From Nitrosopumilus sp. (lineage in GTDB: Archaea; Thermoproteota; Nitrososphaeria; Nitrososphaerales; Nitrosopumilaceae), in assembly GCA_965224195.1 (NCBI GenBank), contig OZ245040.1:64001-128000 (forward strand): a stretch of DNA of 64,000 nucleotides. The letters run 5' to 3'. The notes under the pieces were generated by a model that had not been told where the DNA came from, did no database searches, and saw only the letters and a list, made by a program, of their open reading frames with translations. The position numbers were made by a program, and so were the translations under genes. Numbering within the stretch: position 1 is the stretch's first letter; the number at the start of each line of letters is the position of its first letter. Below, piece by piece: positions 60,403-64,000 of this stretch.

Positions 60403-61638
60403 TTATCTCTTTTCTTCTAATATTTGGGCAGCAATTTTTGCTGAATTATCTGCCCCACTAGGAACAAAATTCTTTGAAAACTCATTCAAACTATCTTGAA
60501 ATTCATCATAATTTTCTTTTATTTTGGATATGCCTTTAGTTACTTGGTTTGTTTTAATCGCCAACACGCCTAGGTTTTTTTCTTCAGCCCATCTGATGTT
60601 GTTTGTATGTTCATCATAAATTGGAATTCCAATTATTGGTTTTGACTTTCCTCCCATAATTTCGCCCATTACAGTATGAGAACCATTCACCACAGCATAT
60701 TTACACAAATTTAGAATTGTGTCTTTTTCTTGTTCAGAAAGAAAACCAATATCAATTTGTAACCAATCAATTTTTTTATCTAAAGCTTCTTTTACAGAAT
60801 ATTTTCTTCCATTTTCTCCTAATACTGTATTTATATTAGAATCATTTCTTGCATGTGAGATTATTCTTTTTTCTTTTTTCATTTCATTTTGATGAAATAC
60901 TTCTTCATATCTTTGACCAGTTCCATCATTAGTTGATTTGTTTCCTGTTCGCATCCAATAACCAAATTCATTGTCTTGTACTAATTTCTCAAGATCTGAT
61001 ATATCTTCTTTTTTGATTTGTTTGCTATTTGTGAAATGTCCCACATAAACAATTTTTTCTTCTACTTCTTTGATAAAATTTAGATTATATTCACACATTG
61101 TATATGGGGGTGGTGAATCTGCTACAAGAATCTTTGATGCTTTACCAATTTGTTTTGCAATAAAAATTAATGATGGATAAAGATATGATCTTGAATTGTA
61201 TAGTTTCGGTCTAAATTGATTTGTTACAAATAAACTAGGTATGTTTCTATTTTTTGCCAGAATATTTGAACCCATGTCACCATCGTTAATCACAAGATCA
61301 AATTTTTCTTTATTGTATAGTTTTCTTTCTTCTCTCAAATAATTTGTAATTTGTCTAACTAGTGGCGGGTTTTTTGAAATCGGTAATAATAAATTCATTA
61401 ATGATTTTGAAACACTAGGACCAAACTTTCCATCAATTGGAGTTGGCATCAAAATTTCATGAATTTTTTCTTTTTGGTCAGGGAATTTTTTTAATAATTT
61501 TTCATAAACATGATCTTTGCTGGAAAAATGAACCTCAAATTTTTCTTTGATATGTTCTCCTAGAACATCATTTAGTCTCATCATTCGGGAATAATGACCA
61601 CTTCCCCATGGATAGATGAATTCTCCTATTTTGAGCAC
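60403..61638 (-). CDS. GT-B glycosyltransferase (GT28-like)
   Basis: WGSGHYSR, FDLVINDGD, GSHTVMGE and IPIYDEH. Confidence 0.78.
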   Translation of the reverse strand: MLKIGEFIYPWGSGHYSRMMRLNDVLGEHIKEKFEVHFSSKDHVYEKLLKKFPDQKEKIHEILMPTPIDGKFGPSVSKSLMNLLLPISKNPPLVRQITNYLREERKLYNKEKFDLVINDGDMGSNILAKNRNIPSLFVTNQFRPKLYNSRSYLYPSLIFIAKQIGKASKILVADSPPPYTMCEYNLNFIKEVEEKIVYVGHFTNSKQIKKEDISDLEKLVQDNEFGYWMRTGNKSTNDGTGQRYEEVFHQNEMKKEKRIISHARNDSNINTVLGENGRKYSVKEALDKKIDWLQIDIGFLSEQEKDTILNLCKYAVVNGSHTVMGEIMGGKSKPIIGIPIYDEHTNNIRWAEEKNLGVLAIKTNQVTKGISKIKENYDEFQDSLNEFSKNFVPSGADNSAKIAAQILEEKR

Positions 61639-61668
61639 AATATCAAACCAAATATGCTGTTTAAATTT

Positions 61669-62781
61669 TCAATGATTTTCAAGAGAATCTAAAATATCAT
61701 GAACATTGTTGGGACCTATCTGAATATTGATAACTTTTTTTGATTTTAGTGCAGATTCAACTTCTTTTTTTGAAAAAGAAGGAATTTCATTAGTAGAGAT
61801 TGTGACCATTTTTTCTAATTTTTTGATATTTCTTTCAAGGCCTATCTCTTTAGCTTCAATAAACAAGTTAGAATCAACTCCAGTAAGTGGTAAAATTGGA
61901 ATTTTCTTTTTTCCAAATACTATCTTTAATGAATTATCAATAAAGTTTGATGAATAAATTAATGGAGATAATGCTAATGACACACGATTGTTAGAATATT
62001 GTAATAATATTTCTAATATTGAATTTACATAAATCAAATAATTTTTAATTCCATTTGGACTGATTTTAAGTTGTAAAAATTCAAGCTCAATTTTATCTTG
62101 CACTAATCGTGGAATAATTTGATTAATAATTTTTGCAAGATTCATCAATTCAGATTTTTGTCTATAACAAACTAGTATCTTTACATCATAACCCTGTTTG
62201 ATTGTCTCAAAGCAAGAAACTGCTGAAATTTCATCATATACTGCACATATTGTTTTTTGATTTTGTGATTGATATGGTATACCACCTTTACCATTATCTG
62301 AAAATATACAGATGTATGCATTATTTTTTGTGAGATATGTATACAATAATTTATCATAATTTTCATCTGTTCCTGGATATGCTCCCAGTTTTACTTTTTT
62401 TTCAATTATGTTTGATGTTGCTGCAATTTCTACATCTTTAACTACAAATCCTTTTGAAATCCCTTCTACTTTTACAAGAAATTTTTCTCCTTTTAATAGT
62501 AAATTACCACCAATAGATGTAATTTCAGAAATAATATTTTGAAAATCATTTTTAATTTTTCTTGCTATGGCTATTTTTTCAATTCCAAAAAGTAGATTTA
62601 TTGCAGACGATGCAAATACAGGATCATTTGCATCAACAAGAATTACGTCCCCATCACGCTTAACAGACTTGAATTCCTGATTTTTCATTTTAAGAATTTT
62701 TTTAATATTTGAAATTAGTTGTGGAATTTTATTTTTTGAAAATATGGTTGGGAAAATTACAACATATGATATTTCATCCAT
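61669..62781 (-). CDS. ThiI-like THUMP-domain protein with degenerate PP-loop
   Basis: LLFGIEKI, KFLVKV and GKGGIP; the usual SGGxDS is replaced by YDEIS. Confidence 0.65.
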   Translation of the reverse strand: MDEISYVVIFPTIFSKNKIPQLISNIKKILKMKNQEFKSVKRDGDVILVDANDPVFASSAINLLFGIEKIAIARKIKNDFQNIISEITSIGGNLLLKGEKFLVKVEGISKGFVVKDVEIAATSNIIEKKVKLGAYPGTDENYDKLLYTYLTKNNAYICIFSDNGKGGIPYQSQNQKTICAVYDEISAVSCFETIKQGYDVKILVCYRQKSELMNLAKIINQIIPRLVQDKIELEFLQLKISPNGIKNYLIYVNSILEILLQYSNNRVSLALSPLIYSSNFIDNSLKIVFGKKKIPILPLTGVDSNLFIEAKEIGLERNIKKLEKMVTISTNEIPSFSKKEVESALKSKKVINIQIGPNNVHDILDSLENH

Positions 62782-62865
62782 ATTTTCTATTTTGAATTCC
62801 ACTTGTTTATAATTTAGGATAATAATTCGGGCAATCAATATAAAACAAATAATCTAAGTGAAAAT

Positions 62866-63579
62866 GTGACAAAATTTACACAAGAACAAGTAGATGAACT
62901 AAATTCAAAAATTAAAACTGCACAAGATGCATTAGAGTGGGTTTCTGAAAATCTTCATCCAAAAGTCGCAAAGGCATCAAGCTTTGGAGCTGAAGATGCA
63001 GTAGTTATGGATATCATGCTAAAAATTAATCCTAAATTTCGATTCTTCACTCTTGATACAGGACGATTACCACAAGAAACCTATGATATTATAGATATTG
63101 TTAGTAAAAAATACAATATTTCTATTGAAGTATTATTTCCAGATACAAAAGAAGTTGAAGACATGGTTCGTGATAAAGGAATGAATTTATTTTATGAAAG
63201 TATTGAAAACAGAAAACTCTGTTGTGAAATTCGTAAGGTTCATCCAATAAATAAAATGTTAAGCACTTTGGATGGTTGGATTACTGGATTAAGACGTGAT
63301 CAAACCACAAACAGAACTAATGTGACAATATTTCAACTAGATCATGGACATGGAGGAATCTTAAAAATAAACCCAATAGTTGATTGGACTTGGGATCAGA
63401 TTCAGGAATATATTAAAAATAATAATTTACCATACAACAGCCTGCTTGACAAAGGATTTTCAAGTATTGGTTGTGAGCCATGTACTAGAGCAATTAAACC
63501 TGGAGAAGATATTCGAGCAGGAAGATGGTGGTGGGAACAAGAAGGAAATAAAGAGTGTGGCCTTCATATAGACCCTTGA
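62866..63579 (+). CDS. cysH: APS/PAPS reductase
   Basis: [27 protein letters not shown] and KECGLH. Confidence 0.93.
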   Translation: MTKFTQEQVDELNSKIKTAQDALEWVSENLHPKVAKASSFGAEDAVVMDIMLKINPKFRFFTLDTGRLPQETYDIIDIVSKKYNISIEVLFPDTKEVEDMVRDKGMNLFYESIENRKLCCEIRKVHPINKMLSTLDGWITGLRRDQTTNRTNVTIFQLDHGHGGILKINPIVDWTWDQIQEYIKNNNLPYNSLLDKGFSSIGCEPCTRAIKPGEDIRAGRWWWEQEGNKECGLHIDP

Positions 63580-63592
63580 TAGATGGTTTATC

Positions 63593-64000
63593 ATGTCAGA
63601 AAACAATTCAATTAAACCACATGGTGGAATACTAGTTAACAGAATTACCAAAGTTGATCCTACAGGATTATTTTCAATTTCAATTAGTGAAGATGTTGCA
63701 AATGATGTTGAAAATATTGCAGATGGAATTTTTAGTCCTCTAGAAGGATTTTTGGGACAACAAGACTTTGAAAGTGTTGTATCACATGGAAGACTAACTA
63801 ATGATTTAGCTTGGACTATTCCTATTGTACTTGATGTCGATGAAGAAACTGCAACCAAAATGAAAGAAGCAAAAGATGTTTTGTTAAAAAATCCAGATGG
63901 CATTGGAGTTGCAGTATTACATGTTGAGGAAACATACTTTTTTGATAAAGAAAAAACAGCCCAAGGAGTCTATGGAACTAATGATTCAGCACATCCAGGT
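63593..64000 (+). CDS. sat: Sulfate adenylyltransferase (runs off the window)
   Basis: [29 protein letters not shown] and [11 protein letters not shown]. Confidence 0.9.
   Translation, partial: MSENNSIKPHGGILVNRITKVDPTGLFSISISEDVANDVENIADGIFSPLEGFLGQQDFESVVSHGRLTNDLAWTIPIVLDVDEETATKMKEAKDVLLKNPDGIGVAVLHVEETYFFDKEKTAQGVYGTNDSAHPG

Overview
AT-rich archaeal chromosome segment from a Nitrosopumilus-like ammonia-oxidising thaumarchaeon. The assignment rests on L7Ae, L37e, S19e, LSm, Rpp21 and Nep1, plus the adjacent 4-hydroxybutyryl-CoA dehydratase and ADP-forming synthetase of the HP/HB carbon-fixation cycle. Core genes and three ordinary tRNAs (Leu-TAG, Ala-CGC, Gly-TCC) are interrupted by three accessory regions. 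(1) About 18.85-23.95 kb is decayed DNA: NDH-2 and SNF transporter fragments, an IS5 pseudogene, and four tandem tiny HTH genes followed by a HEPN-like gene. (2) A ~9.9 kb integrated element (35714-45662) is bounded by an 11-bp direct repeat in the 3' end of the Rpp21 gene. It carries a broken tyrosine integrase hit by an IS6 derivative with restriction-enzyme cargo, an atypical long-variable-arm tRNA with a Lys (CTT) anticodon, a wHTH/Panacea pair, an intact ubiquitin-like / E2-E1(ThiF) / DUF6527 operon and two PD-(D/E)XK-like genes. (3) A fibronectin-III surface-protein insertion at ~49.3-50.4 kb is frameshifted at a G8 tract. There is also a candidate K-turn structured RNA at 60.3 kb. All family assignments come from motif recognition by eye; no database search was run.
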